DNA of 64,000 nt from contig JBHLMQ010000003.1 in NCBI GenBank assembly GCA_048938005.1, positions 96,001 to 160,000 of the forward strand, given 5' to 3'. The stretch is from Promethearchaeota archaeon (GTDB lineage Archaea; Asgardarchaeota; Lokiarchaeia; Sigyniarchaeales; SOKP01). Below the pieces are notes generated by a model. It saw only the letters and a program-made list of their open reading frames with translations, did no database searches and was not told the DNA's origin. The translations under genes and the position numbers were made by a program. Below are positions 51,432 to 63,442 of the stretch, piece by piece (the stretch's first letter is position 1; every line of letters starts with the position of its first letter).

Positions 51432-53420
51432 TTAAAATATTTTCTTTTTCCAACTATCAATATTTTCAATAATTTCTGTTTTATCATGCGCATCTAATAG
51501 AGTAGGTTTTTCTTTATACTTATTTATCGTGCTTCTTAATTTATGTAAAGTTACCGAAAAACCTTTTTTCTCTAGGATTAAATCAGCAATGTCTTGTAGT
51601 TCTTTTCCAAACTCACTTCCCTTAAGATTATCCAACTTATGAATTAAATTAGTGAAAGCAGTATTAATTTGTATAGCTGCTTCATCTCCAGCCTTAGGTT
51701 GAGCTGCTGATAAAAAATCAATTTTATCTTGTAATTTTTGTTTTAAATCTGTAATCTGGGGCTGGGGTGAGGTTGGACTTGGCATATATTTTGTTTGACT
51801 TTTAGTAAACCTCTTATCATCTTTAGGTATTTCTTGAATTTTACTAGGGATGGATATTGTTGGTTTCGCCTTATCGGTTTCAATTTTAATTGGCTTTTTT
51901 TCAACCTTTTGAAACTGAATTCTTGACGAAATTATAGGTTTAAATGTAGTGAGTGTTTTAGTAGTTGCTGTTATCTTATCAATTTGTGGTTTTGATACCT
52001 GAGCAGCATGAAAAGTGTCTGAATATGCATTTTCCCATATATCTTTTACCAATGGATCGAGTAATGTGATTAATGGATCAAAAGAACTACCAATTCCAAT
52101 AAAATTATTTAGAGGGTCCTTTGAATCTTGGATTACTCCCGTATAAATTTGGTTATCACCCTTTAAAATAATTAAATTTTCATTTTCATACATCTTATAA
52201 ATTAAATTCTTAATATTCTTGAAACTTTTAACAATACTATTAGTATGAGCTTCTGAAGATGCTATTTTAATTTTTAAATTATCAGCAATTTTTTCAAATT
52301 GTTCAGGAGCTAAATGATTTTCAATATGAGGAATTATTAAAGTTAAGTTTTCCTTGGAATTTAAGATAAGATTTTGAATTGCTTCATTAATCTGTGTTAC
52401 ACTGTTTATTATCCAAATATTACTAAAAATTGATTTATCAATTGAATTTATCTTTTGAATGTAATTTTTCATTAAGATTTCAATAGGTTTATTCAGATTA
52501 GAAACTTCATTTATGGAATTCTGGATAACAGCATTGATATTTTCTATAATAATGTTTTCAAGATTTTTCATAGCAGCAGAAAGATTATCATTATTATCTT
52601 TAATAATTTCATGAATCGCATTCATTTTAGTTTCGAAATTAGTCAGCATATTCAATAAAAGCATTTTGAAGTCGTTGCGATATTCAAGTATCAAATCTGT
52701 GGTTTTATCAATTGGTTTAGCGGTTTCATCAAATTCTTTTTCAATTAATTCATGTAAGGTGTTGACGAAATCTTTAATCATTTTATCTACTTTCTCTTTA
52801 AAAGTTTGTTCAATAAGAGATACAATATCTTTCTTTTTTATCTTTTCAAGTAACTCTTTTTTAATTGCATTTAAAGTTTTAATTAAATCAGTAAATTTTG
52901 TTTGTGTGATCTTTTTAATATTTTGGTGAAGATCAGAAAACTTTTTATTAACTTTCTTTAATTCTTCCATGCCCTCAACAATATCTTCTACATCTTGTTT
53001 CTGAATAATTGAATCCTCTTCAATATCTTTTCTAATCTCTTGAAAAGTATTTAAAATTGAATCTAACTCAATTGCCTTGTTTTCCTGGAAAATTCTATTA
53101 ACAGAATTAACCATTAGTTCATGAATTGAATTTTTAATGTTAGGTAAATTTGCGTTTATATTATCATAATAATTTAAGATCGGAAGAATTGGAGGTAAAG
53201 GTGAATAATGTATAATAAATTCTTGGTTTTTAGAAATATTCTGAACTAATAAACCAGCATTTATAAGTTCTTTTAGACTTTCATTAAATTCCTCTGGAGT
53301 TGCTTTAGGAACAATAGTATATAATTCATAATAAGTAAGCGGAAATTTACCTAATGATTTAAGATATATCTCGATAGTGTTTTCTGATAGTTGCATTTTT
53401 CTTAAAAAGTTATCCATCAA
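51432..53420 (-). CDS. TrmB-like wHTH + long coiled coil + PLD-like domain protein
   Basis: N-terminal LSENTIEIYL...LKELINAGLL..YSPLPP; heptad-rich middle; INEAIQNLILNSKENLTLIIP domain. Confidence 0.6.
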   Translation of the reverse strand: MMDNFLRKMQLSENTIEIYLKSLGKFPLTYYELYTIVPKATPEEFNESLKELINAGLLVQNISKNQEFIIHYSPLPPILPILNYYDNINANLPNIKNSIHELMVNSVNRIFQENKAIELDSILNTFQEIRKDIEEDSIIQKQDVEDIVEGMEELKKVNKKFSDLHQNIKKITQTKFTDLIKTLNAIKKELLEKIKKKDIVSLIEQTFKEKVDKMIKDFVNTLHELIEKEFDETAKPIDKTTDLILEYRNDFKMLLLNMLTNFETKMNAIHEIIKDNNDNLSAAMKNLENIIIENINAVIQNSINEVSNLNKPIEILMKNYIQKINSIDKSIFSNIWIINSVTQINEAIQNLILNSKENLTLIIPHIENHLAPEQFEKIADNLKIKIASSEAHTNSIVKSFKNIKNLIYKMYENENLIILKGDNQIYTGVIQDSKDPLNNFIGIGSSFDPLITLLDPLVKDIWENAYSDTFHAAQVSKPQIDKITATTKTLTTFKPIISSRIQFQKVEKKPIKIETDKAKPTISIPSKIQEIPKDDKRFTKSQTKYMPSPTSPQPQITDLKQKLQDKIDFLSAAQPKAGDEAAIQINTAFTNLIHKLDNLKGSEFGKELQDIADLILEKKGFSVTLHKLRSTINKYKEKPTLLDAHDKTEIIENIDSWKKKIF

Positions 53421-53594
53421 ATCTTCACCAACTTATTTCACATATTTTTGACTATTTTATATAAAGCCATATGAATTTTTATTTATAATTATTTTATCTA
53501 TCTTTTCTAAAAAATATTTAAGATGGTATTATCATTATGATTATTAATACTATTTGAGATAATTACAGAAGTTGATCACACAGGTGCGGGAAAA

Positions 53595-54938
53595 ATGATA
53601 GAGGACATATATTTTTACTTGGACTTAACAAAAGATTTACTGAAAAAAAAAGAAATAGTAAAAGCTATTAAATATTATATTGAGGAAAAAAACAAAATAA
53701 ATGTAAATAGCCACTTTTCTCTTCTGATTTTCCAAGAAGAAGGGAACCCTATCTTTATTATGGATAAAAAGGATTCTGGTATAATTACTAAATCTATTGA
53801 AGAAAACTGGAAAAGTCGCCCAAAAGAACAAAGCTTTTTTGAAAATGGATTATTCTATATTTTTTCTTATATAGCCGAGACAGTAAGAAAAAAATCTAAA
53901 TTTAATAGAATTCTTGTTATTACAGATACCCCTTCAGATTTATCTGAGGATTATCAAGAAGCCTTATTTAATTTAGTGTCAAAAATAAAAAATTTTCCAA
54001 CATTTATCGATATCATAAGAGTATCTGAAAAAGATAAACGATTCTTTAGCGATGATGTAAAATTGAATATGCTATCATCTGATACTAAGGGAGGCATTTT
54101 CTATGTTCAAGATAGAAAAGAATTCTTTGAAGTTATTAAGAAATTAATTAAAACCAAACAATTTGTCTCTACTTTTGTCGATCGACCAGATCGAATTAGA
54201 ATTACTAAAGAAGATTATGCTTTTTATAATCACTTAGCAAAATCATTAAAAAAAGCAGAAAATGTGGAAGGATTAGTTTGTTATTTTTGCAAAGAAGAAG
54301 TTTGTCCAGTGTGTACAGATATTTATGATATCCCTTTAGTTTGCGAGGATTGTAATTCCAGCTTCCATAATTGCTGTGTTACTAATTATGTTATAAATCA
54401 TAATATAGGTATACCTAATATCTTTCGTTGTCCTAATAATGAATGCGATGTGCTTTTAAAAATAGATGAAGATGAAATTATTGAAGTAAGTGGAGAAGTA
54501 GAAATAAGTTCTGTAAAAAAATACTTGGAAGAGGATATACTAGAGAAAATTACTAAAAAATTTCCTAAAGTGAAACCATTACCACCATTAGCTTCTACGA
54601 TAAAAAAGGAAAAAATCAAGAAAGGAGAATCATTAGCAATTACAAACAACATTCCTGTAGAAGAAAAAACAGTTAAAACTGTTAGAATTGGAGGATTTTT
54701 TGGAAAATTATATACTGTAAAGAAAGTTGGTGACAAAATTGTGTACGAAAAAACTACCCAGACTGCTTTTAAGCCAAGCCCTACAAATCAAAATGGAAAA
54801 ATTTTAACAACAAAAAAAATAATATCGTCTAATAATGAAAAAGAAAAGAAGAAGGCTAGCTTTTTTATATGTCCTCACTGCGGAACGCAGATGAATTCAC
54901 AACAATTCAGATGTCCTAATTGTGGACATAAAATATAA
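53595..54938 (+). CDS. vWA-like domain + RING/PHD-like Zn finger + zinc ribbon protein (paralog 1)
   Basis: FYLD..., RILVITD, IDII, TKGGIF vWA pattern; CYFC..CPVC..CEDC..FHNCC..CP..C; terminal CPHCG..CPNCG. Confidence 0.7.
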   Translation: MIEDIYFYLDLTKDLLKKKEIVKAIKYYIEEKNKINVNSHFSLLIFQEEGNPIFIMDKKDSGIITKSIEENWKSRPKEQSFFENGLFYIFSYIAETVRKKSKFNRILVITDTPSDLSEDYQEALFNLVSKIKNFPTFIDIIRVSEKDKRFFSDDVKLNMLSSDTKGGIFYVQDRKEFFEVIKKLIKTKQFVSTFVDRPDRIRITKEDYAFYNHLAKSLKKAENVEGLVCYFCKEEVCPVCTDIYDIPLVCEDCNSSFHNCCVTNYVINHNIGIPNIFRCPNNECDVLLKIDEDEIIEVSGEVEISSVKKYLEEDILEKITKKFPKVKPLPPLASTIKKEKIKKGESLAITNNIPVEEKTVKTVRIGGFFGKLYTVKKVGDKIVYEKTTQTAFKPSPTNQNGKILTTKKIISSNNEKEKKKASFFICPHCGTQMNSQQFRCPNCGHKI

Positions 54939-55102
54939 GAACAAGAAAGAAACTGAGTTCCATTATACTTTTATTATATAGTCTTTTAATAAAAACAAAT
55001 TAAAAGAGAATTATATTAAAGAAAAAATAATCGAATTTTGTATTATCAGTAAAAATAAATAGTACTTCTGTTATTATTTTTTTAATTAGGATTGATGTTA
55101 AA

Positions 55103-56359
55103 ATGTTACCCACCCTATCTGAAGAATTCATATTTTATATTGATTTAGTTAGTAACTTTCTAAAAAAGAGACCTTTAACGAAAGCTATTAGTGCTTTTAT
55201 TAGAGAAAAAGATAAATTTAATGCGCTAACATCTTATGGGGTAGTAATATTCCAAAAAAATGAAAATCCTGTTAACATTTATGATTTAAAAGATTCGGAC
55301 TCAGTTTTGAATACTATCAATGATGCATGGGAAACTCGAGAAAATGAGAATAGTTATTTAGAAAATGGATTATACGAGATTCTAGCATATATTTTTAGAA
55401 AAAGCCGAAAAGCAAGAAAGCAGTATCGTGTAATAATATTTTCAGATACGCCAAGTAAATTGTCTGAGGATTATTACAATGCGCTTTATGATTTGCTAAT
55501 TAAAGCTAAAAAATTCTCAGCCTTTATTGATATTATCCGTATTGGAGATGAGAAATTTTATGAAGACGATGTGAAACTCAAAGTTATTGCAAGTGAAACT
55601 CATGGAGGTACATTCTATTGCCCAAATGAAAAACTTCTCCAAAATATATTAGGGTCATTAATTCAAAATAAAAAAGAATTCAAGATTATAAAAGCTGATG
55701 AGATTGACCAAATTTTCTATGAAGATAAAGTATTTTATGAACGTTTAGCAGTAGATCTCATCAGTCTCTCTCCAGAAGATCAAGAAATATGTGATATATG
55801 TGAACAAGAGCTATGTCCTATTTGTGAAGCACATTCTGATGAAGTACATAAATGTTTTAATTGTGGTACTAAATTTCATAATTGTTGTGCTGCAAAATAT
55901 TCCCTCGCAAAAAATATTGGTTTTAGACACATATTTAGGTGCATACAGTGTGAAACTTTGTTAAAATTGGATGAGGAATTTGTTGATTTGATATATGAAG
56001 AAGAATTAGAAGAAGAATTACCTCAGATGGAATTACAAGAACCTATAGCAGAAGATATTGTAGAAGAAATAGAAGAGGCAAGTATAGAGGAAAAAGTAAT
56101 TTCACCACCTAATGAAGTCAAAAAAGTGAGACTTGGAGGATTCTTTGGGAAAGATATTACAATAGAAACAAAGAATATAAAAAAACCTACAATTAAAGAA
56201 ATTTCAGAGCCAACTGATTCACTAGAAAAACCCCTTTCTATAACTTCATTGAAACCACCAAGAAAAAAAGGTACTATATCAATAAAAGTCTGTAAAATAT
56301 GTGGTGCAACTATTCAAAATACTCAAAATTGTCCAACATGTGGAGCTAAAATAGATTAG
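55103..56359 (+). CDS. vWA-like domain + RING/PHD-like Zn finger + zinc ribbon protein (paralog 2)
   Basis: Colinear with the preceding gene (ENGL, DTPS.LSEDY, DDVKL, FHNCC, NIG..IFRC, VR.GGFFGK). Confidence 0.7.
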   Translation: MLPTLSEEFIFYIDLVSNFLKKRPLTKAISAFIREKDKFNALTSYGVVIFQKNENPVNIYDLKDSDSVLNTINDAWETRENENSYLENGLYEILAYIFRKSRKARKQYRVIIFSDTPSKLSEDYYNALYDLLIKAKKFSAFIDIIRIGDEKFYEDDVKLKVIASETHGGTFYCPNEKLLQNILGSLIQNKKEFKIIKADEIDQIFYEDKVFYERLAVDLISLSPEDQEICDICEQELCPICEAHSDEVHKCFNCGTKFHNCCAAKYSLAKNIGFRHIFRCIQCETLLKLDEEFVDLIYEEELEEELPQMELQEPIAEDIVEEIEEASIEEKVISPPNEVKKVRLGGFFGKDITIETKNIKKPTIKEISEPTDSLEKPLSITSLKPPRKKGTISIKVCKICGATIQNTQNCPTCGAKID

Positions 56360-56372
56360 TTTCTTTAAAACT

Positions 56373-56921
56373 TTAAATTTTTAAATTTTCAACAAGAACT
56401 ACTCCTGAAATATTAGTTTCTTTTAACGCATTAAATTGTTTCCCCATTCTTTTAGCATATTCCTTTAGTAATCGTAGAATTTGATTAATTTTTTGTTTAG
56501 GAAATTCTAACAAGCTTAATTTAAATGTTCTATCAGAATTTTGTTGAACAAAATGAAGTTCATATATATGAAATGGTTTGTAATTAAATTTTCTTAATTT
56601 TATCTCTAACTTTTTGAATTCCGACCAGTAAATTAGAAATAATGGGGTTTTAGGTATTAATATCTCAATTTTTTCATTACATATTAAAAATTTTCTAATA
56701 CCAGGATTTCTAGTTAAAATGTAAGAATAATACAAACCGAATATAAATACTATAATCAAGCTTGCACCGACACCGATTAAAGTTCCAGGAAATAAAAACA
56801 TTAAATATATATTTAATGATGATAAAAGACCTATAAAAAGCAAACAGATTGAACAAGGTATTGAAATTTTATTGAATTTTTCCCCAGAAAAATCAACTAT
56901 TTCAACTTTATCTGATTTCAT
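56373..56921 (-). CDS. Hypothetical membrane protein (2 TM helices + PH-like soluble domain)
   Basis: Two hydrophobic helices followed by a beta-rich domain with IYWSEF. Confidence 0.55.
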   Translation of the reverse strand: MKSDKVEIVDFSGEKFNKISIPCSICLLFIGLLSSLNIYLMFLFPGTLIGVGASLIIVFIFGLYYSYILTRNPGIRKFLICNEKIEILIPKTPLFLIYWSEFKKLEIKLRKFNYKPFHIYELHFVQQNSDRTFKLSLLEFPKQKINQILRLLKEYAKRMGKQFNALKETNISGVVLVENLKI

Positions 56922-57059
56922 TTACTTAAACTTAGATTAATCAATTTTACATTTAAATTTTAATAAAAATTTTTTTGAGATTTTAATTATTGTAGAATAA
57001 AGTAGTTTTAAAAATCTAAATATAAAATTAAAAGTAAACAAAAAATTTTGATGATTTAA

Positions 57060-58400
57060 ATGTTTCTTAAAGAGGAATTAGAAGAATTTCGTAAAAATAG
57101 ACCTAAATCGAGAGAAATTTGGCAAAAAGCACTTAAAGTTTTACCCGGCGGTATTTCTCATAATATCCGAACATTTGGTTTACCTTTACTAGGTGCTTTT
57201 CCAGTTTTTATTAATTCAGCTAGTGGTCCATATCTTACAGATATTGATAACAACAAATATATTGATTGTTGGAATGGTCATTTTGCAATGATTCTAGGTC
57301 ATAATCCTCCTGAAGTTCAGAAAGTTATCAAAAAATATTTAGCATATGGATGGCATTTTGGTACAAATACCGAATATCAAGTTGAATTAGCAGAACGTAT
57401 TATAAAAGATAATTCAGGGATTGAAAAAATTAGATTTTGTACAAGTGGAACAGAAGCTACTATGTATGCTATAAGATTAGCTCGAGCATTTACAAATAGA
57501 AAACTTGTAGCCAAAGCAGGACTTGGATGGCATGGAGCAAACGACACGCTTTCTTATGCTGTAGGGACATTGAATGGTACAATTTCTTCCCCTGGTCTCC
57601 CGACCCCAGAAGAAGCAGGAATTTTAACTTTTGAGATTAATAATGAAAGTACTTTCAATTTAATAAAAGATAATTATAAAAATTTAGCTGCAATAATTTT
57701 AGAACCTGTCTTAGGAGGTGGCGGTGGATTTCCAGTTGATATAGAATTTTTAAAAAGGTTAAGAGAAGAAACTGAGCAACATGATATACTACTTATTTTT
57801 GATGAAGTGATTACGGGTTATCGCTTCAACAACTGTTTATTTCAGAATGATATTAAAATAACACCAGATTTAACTACAATGGGCAAAATTATCGGAGGGG
57901 GTATGCCTATAGGAGCAATCGGAGGAAGAAAAGAAATTATTGAGCAATCTAGTCCTGAAATCGAGAATCAAGTTTTAATTGGAGGAGGAACTTTTTCAGG
58001 ATATCCACTTAGTATGATTGCAGGATTAAAAACCTTAAATTTATTGAGAAATTCCCAACAGGATTATTATCGCATAAATCAGGAGGGTAATAAACTGCTT
58101 AATAGTCTCAACCAATTTTTTAGTGAAGAGAAATTACCAATTATTGCTAAGGGATTTAAATCTATAATTATGCTTCATGCACTTTTAAAATGGATTGAAA
58201 ATCCTTCAATGCGGAAAATAATTGAATTCAAAGATAAAAAACGAGAAGCTCTAATCCAATTATCACTCTTTAATAGGAATGTGTCAGGTTTACACGGCTT
58301 AGGTTCAATTTCAATGGCTCATACTCATGAAAACATTGTTAAAATAGAAGAGGTTGTTAAGGAAATAGGACCTCCAGTTGCTCAATCAAACTTTAATTAA
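57060..58400 (+). CDS. hemL: Class III aminotransferase, glutamate-1-semialdehyde 2,1-aminomutase-like
   Basis: LPGG, RFCTSGTEATM.AIRLARA.T, LIFDEVITGYR, PDLTTMGKIIGGGMPIGA; exact substrate uncertain. Confidence 0.7.
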   Translation: MFLKEELEEFRKNRPKSREIWQKALKVLPGGISHNIRTFGLPLLGAFPVFINSASGPYLTDIDNNKYIDCWNGHFAMILGHNPPEVQKVIKKYLAYGWHFGTNTEYQVELAERIIKDNSGIEKIRFCTSGTEATMYAIRLARAFTNRKLVAKAGLGWHGANDTLSYAVGTLNGTISSPGLPTPEEAGILTFEINNESTFNLIKDNYKNLAAIILEPVLGGGGGFPVDIEFLKRLREETEQHDILLIFDEVITGYRFNNCLFQNDIKITPDLTTMGKIIGGGMPIGAIGGRKEIIEQSSPEIENQVLIGGGTFSGYPLSMIAGLKTLNLLRNSQQDYYRINQEGNKLLNSLNQFFSEEKLPIIAKGFKSIIMLHALLKWIENPSMRKIIEFKDKKREALIQLSLFNRNVSGLHGLGSISMAHTHENIVKIEEVVKEIGPPVAQSNFN

Positions 58401-58476
58401 AATTACCATGTAAATTTTAATCAATTAATTATCTAAAATTTAGTTTGAACTGAAATAATAAAGAGAAGTAATAAAT

Positions 58477-59505
58477 ATGAGTAAGAAATATACTGTTATT
58501 CAAGTAGGATTAGGTCCGATGGGGAAAATAATAACACATCTCCTTCTTGAACGTAAAAATTTATCACTAAAGGGAGTAATTGATATTGATCCTCAGCTTA
58601 TAGGTAAAAAATTAAGCGAGATTCTTAATTTTGAGGATGAGATAGGTTTAGTTATTGAATCTAATTTAAAAACAGTGATTTCTAAAGAAAAAGTTGATGT
58701 TGTTATTATTGCTACCTCCTCTGCTTTAGAAGAAATTACTCCAATAATTAAAGAAGCAATAAATTCAGGAAGTAATGTAATTTCCATATGTGAGGAATTA
58801 TCTTACCCTTTCCAATATTTTCCTAAGCTTTCCGAAGAACTTCATCAACTAGCAGAATCTCACAATGTTACTGTAGTTGGAACAGGAATTAATCCTGGAT
58901 ATCTTATGGATCTATTACCTATTGTTATTACAGCACCGTGCCAATCCTTAGAAGCAATTAAAGTTACAAGGATGATGAACTCAGCAAAAAGAAGAGAATC
59001 GTTTCAACGTAAGATCGGAACAGGCTTATCATCAGAAGAATTTCGTCAGAAGATTCAGAAAAAAGAAATTACAGGGCATGTAGGATTAACTCAATCCATT
59101 CAAATGATAGTAGCAGCTTTAGGAATTGAATATGATGAAATTATGGAAATTCCTCCTAAAGAAATAATTGCTGAAAAAGAATTCACAACAACTTATGGTG
59201 AAAATATCCCGAAAGGATACGTTTGTGGCTTACAAAGTAAAGCTATTGCCAAGAAAAAAGGTAAGGTGATAATTCTATTAGATTTTGTAGCTTATGCTGG
59301 CGAACATGATGAATTTGATAGTATAATAATCGAGGGTAATCCTAATATCCATCAAAAAATTATTGGAGGCGTTCATGGTGATTTGGGTACCGCTGCAATG
59401 GTTGTTAATTTAATTCCTAATGTAATAGGTGCTGAATCTGGACTTTTAACTATGAAAGATCTATCTGTACCTTGCTACACTGCAAATATATGGAAAAATG
59501 AGTAA
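58477..59505 (+). CDS. 2,4-diaminopentanoate dehydrogenase-like / NAD(P)H amine dehydrogenase family protein
   Basis: GLGPMG, NVISICEELSYP, GTGINPG, GVHGD..TAA. Confidence 0.75.
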   Translation: MSKKYTVIQVGLGPMGKIITHLLLERKNLSLKGVIDIDPQLIGKKLSEILNFEDEIGLVIESNLKTVISKEKVDVVIIATSSALEEITPIIKEAINSGSNVISICEELSYPFQYFPKLSEELHQLAESHNVTVVGTGINPGYLMDLLPIVITAPCQSLEAIKVTRMMNSAKRRESFQRKIGTGLSSEEFRQKIQKKEITGHVGLTQSIQMIVAALGIEYDEIMEIPPKEIIAEKEFTTTYGENIPKGYVCGLQSKAIAKKKGKVIILLDFVAYAGEHDEFDSIIIEGNPNIHQKIIGGVHGDLGTAAMVVNLIPNVIGAESGLLTMKDLSVPCYTANIWKNE

Positions 59506-59531
59506 TAAAAAAATATAAGAGAGTCTTCTTT

Positions 59532-60500
59532 TTAAGTCGCTATTACTGCATTAATCGGAAAGTATAGTATGATTGATAGAATTGCTGCCATTGGAAATGT
59601 TAAAAACCAGATTAGAACTATTTTCCACATACCTTTCTTAGTAGGAGTATGACTCGCTTTAGATAATCCCACAAGAGACGCCACTAGCATATGAGATCCA
59701 GATAAAGGAATTCCTAGGGCCGTACCAACGAATAATATCGCAGCTGTAGGAATTTGGGCGGCAAAAGCGGTACTTGGATACAGCTCAGTGATTCTTCCAA
59801 CACTTTTAATAACTCCTCGACCTAAAACTATTAATCCTCCTGCTAAACTTAAACCAGTTATTAAAAGAAGAAGATTTATTTGGAATTCTCCAACTCCAAC
59901 AACTATTCCTACCGCATTCGAACAATCATTTCCTGATCTCGAGAACGCAGTGATACAAATAATTATTAGAACTATATAAGTGAAGATTTTCTCAGTTTTT
60001 TCTAAGCTCTGAAATCCATTTAAGTGTTTAACTTTATATAGATGCATAAGCTTAAAAACAATAAATGAGACAACATAGCCAATAATCGGAGATAAAATCC
60101 ACCAAATGCCCAATTCAAGAATTTTAAACCAATCAAGACTAGCATTAAGAGCTATCCCAAGACCTATAACAGCACCGATTGTTGCGTGAGTAGTTGATAT
60201 TGGTAATCCTAAGGAAGATGATAATATCAACCAGATAGCAGATGATATTAAAATAGTTATTACAATTGCATTAGTAAGATACAATGGTGGAAATATGCCT
60301 TTGCCTACCGTTTTACTTACAGCTTCCCCCAATATAAGGGCTCCTGTTATTGCGAAAATTGTAGCTAAGATTAAAATGTATTTCATATTTAGAATTCTCG
60401 AACCATAGACTCCAGCAAAAGTCTCGTCATTCGCACCTATTCCAAATGCGATAATAATTGCTATAACTAAAAATATCGTCAAAATAATTGGAAATGCCAT
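59532..60500 (-). CDS. PiT-family inorganic phosphate transporter
   Basis: GANDE, GLPISTTHA, GND.SNA, GIPLSGSH. Confidence 0.9.
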   Translation of the reverse strand: MAFPIILTIFLVIAIIIAFGIGANDETFAGVYGSRILNMKYILILATIFAITGALILGEAVSKTVGKGIFPPLYLTNAIVITILISSAIWLILSSSLGLPISTTHATIGAVIGLGIALNASLDWFKILELGIWWILSPIIGYVVSFIVFKLMHLYKVKHLNGFQSLEKTEKIFTYIVLIIICITAFSRSGNDCSNAVGIVVGVGEFQINLLLLITGLSLAGGLIVLGRGVIKSVGRITELYPSTAFAAQIPTAAILFVGTALGIPLSGSHMLVASLVGLSKASHTPTKKGMWKIVLIWFLTFPMAAILSIILYFPINAVIAT

Positions 60501-60515
60501 TTCAATCGCCTTTAA

Positions 60516-61178
60516 TTATTTACTTGGATATTTCACAATTAAGCTTCTTAGAAAATCGCTAATCTCTTCAGCCCTTACAATCATATCAAATATTTTTATG
60601 CATATTTTAGATGTTAGATATACTCGAAGTGACTTTTCTTCTGGTTTTTTATAAATCACTTCTAGGACTTTATATTTTGCTTCACGAGCACTTCGTTTTA
60701 GCTTTTCGATATAAAAACTTTTTTGGTAAGCAGTTTTAAAATCTGTTTCCATAAGATTTACCATATCCACTAAAGTATCAATAGTTTCTTGATACAAGTC
60801 GTTTATTGTTTTCATCTCTGTTTTAATGTCATCAAACAGTTTAAAGGGATAAACTTTCAGACCCATTGCTAGTTCCTCTGAACTATCTGAAACAATATCT
60901 AAATATTTAATTAACCTATAACGATCTTCGACTAGAAAAGGGAGAGCCCGTTGATCTCTATAAAGTAAATCAATATATTTTTCTTTAGCACGATCTGCTT
61001 TATGTTCACATTGCATCACTTCATCTAATTTTTTCTTATCTAACTTTCCATTTACCAGATCATTAATACAATCATGTAGTAATAATGAACCGTTTAAAAC
61101 TTCACTATTAAATTCGCTTGCTGCATTTAATAATTGATTTCTTTTATCACTTTTTAATTTCAATTTCATTAGTCTCAC
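60516..61178 (-). CDS. DUF47/PhoU-like Pit accessory protein
   Basis: EHKADRAK...LPF..EDR..L; upstream of the PiT gene. Confidence 0.85.
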   Translation of the reverse strand: MRLMKLKLKSDKRNQLLNAASEFNSEVLNGSLLLHDCINDLVNGKLDKKKLDEVMQCEHKADRAKEKYIDLLYRDQRALPFLVEDRYRLIKYLDIVSDSSEELAMGLKVYPFKLFDDIKTEMKTINDLYQETIDTLVDMVNLMETDFKTAYQKSFYIEKLKRSAREAKYKVLEVIYKKPEEKSLRVYLTSKICIKIFDMIVRAEEISDFLRSLIVKYPSK

Positions 61179-61343
61179 ATCAAGAATGTTTTAATTATTT
61201 AACTAATAGGACCTAATAGTCACACATATCATTTATTTCTTAAAAAAAATTTCTATTTTTGTTTTAGTAATAAAGAAATTCAAATTCAAAAAAATATTAT
61301 AATTAATTAAAATAATAATATTTCAAATGCAGTAAAACTTTTC

Positions 61344-61904
61344 TTGCCGTTTCTAGAAATAAGTTTAAATGATTTAGCTTTTGACCCAAAAGTACAGACA
61401 TATTGTGTAAAACCTAATTTTAGATGTCCTAGTTATGGTCATTCATGGGCTTGTCCACCAGAGGCTCCATATTTGGAACATGAAGTATCAAAATATAAAC
61501 AATTTTATCTTATTTTTGTTAAATACAATTTAAGAAGTTATATAGAGAAAGAAAAAGAAAAACATCCAAAAAGAAACGAAAATAGCATAAGAAATGCTTT
61601 TTTTATGAAAAACCTATTACGAGATAAGTTAGAACAAGAAATTGAATCATTTATTAATGAAAATCAAAACCTCTATGACGAAAAACTTATTTTATGGGAT
61701 GGATTTTGTAGATTATGTTTTAATGAAAAAGATAAGGGATGTACTTATGATGCTGGTGATCCTTGTCGCTATCCAGATAAAAAGAGGTATTCTATGGAAG
61801 CAGTAGGAATTGATGTAACTCAAACTGTAAAAAATTTAAATTTTAATTTAGAATGGCCTCCTAATAAATATGTTTATCGTTTTGGTCTAGCATGCTTTAA
61901 ATAA
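61344..61904 (+). CDS. DUF2284 metal-binding protein
   Basis: CPSYGHSWACPP, CRLC, CRYP...SMEAVGIDV. Confidence 0.8.
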   Translation: MPFLEISLNDLAFDPKVQTYCVKPNFRCPSYGHSWACPPEAPYLEHEVSKYKQFYLIFVKYNLRSYIEKEKEKHPKRNENSIRNAFFMKNLLRDKLEQEIESFINENQNLYDEKLILWDGFCRLCFNEKDKGCTYDAGDPCRYPDKKRYSMEAVGIDVTQTVKNLNFNLEWPPNKYVYRFGLACFK

Positions 61905-61922
61905 ATAGTAAAAGTAAGGAGA

Positions 61923-63255
<1,333 letters not shown>

Positions 63256-63442
63256 ATCTCATATTACTTTTGATAGTTTTGTATAATCTAATTCATAATT
63301 TAATCCAAAAAAGATTATTCTATACAGTTTAAAAAATTTTTGGTAGATAAGACTGTAAAAAATAGATATATAAATATAGATTTTCTTGTAAGTCATAATC
63401 TATTTTTAATATTTCTTACTAAAAGCCTTCATCGTTGTTGAT

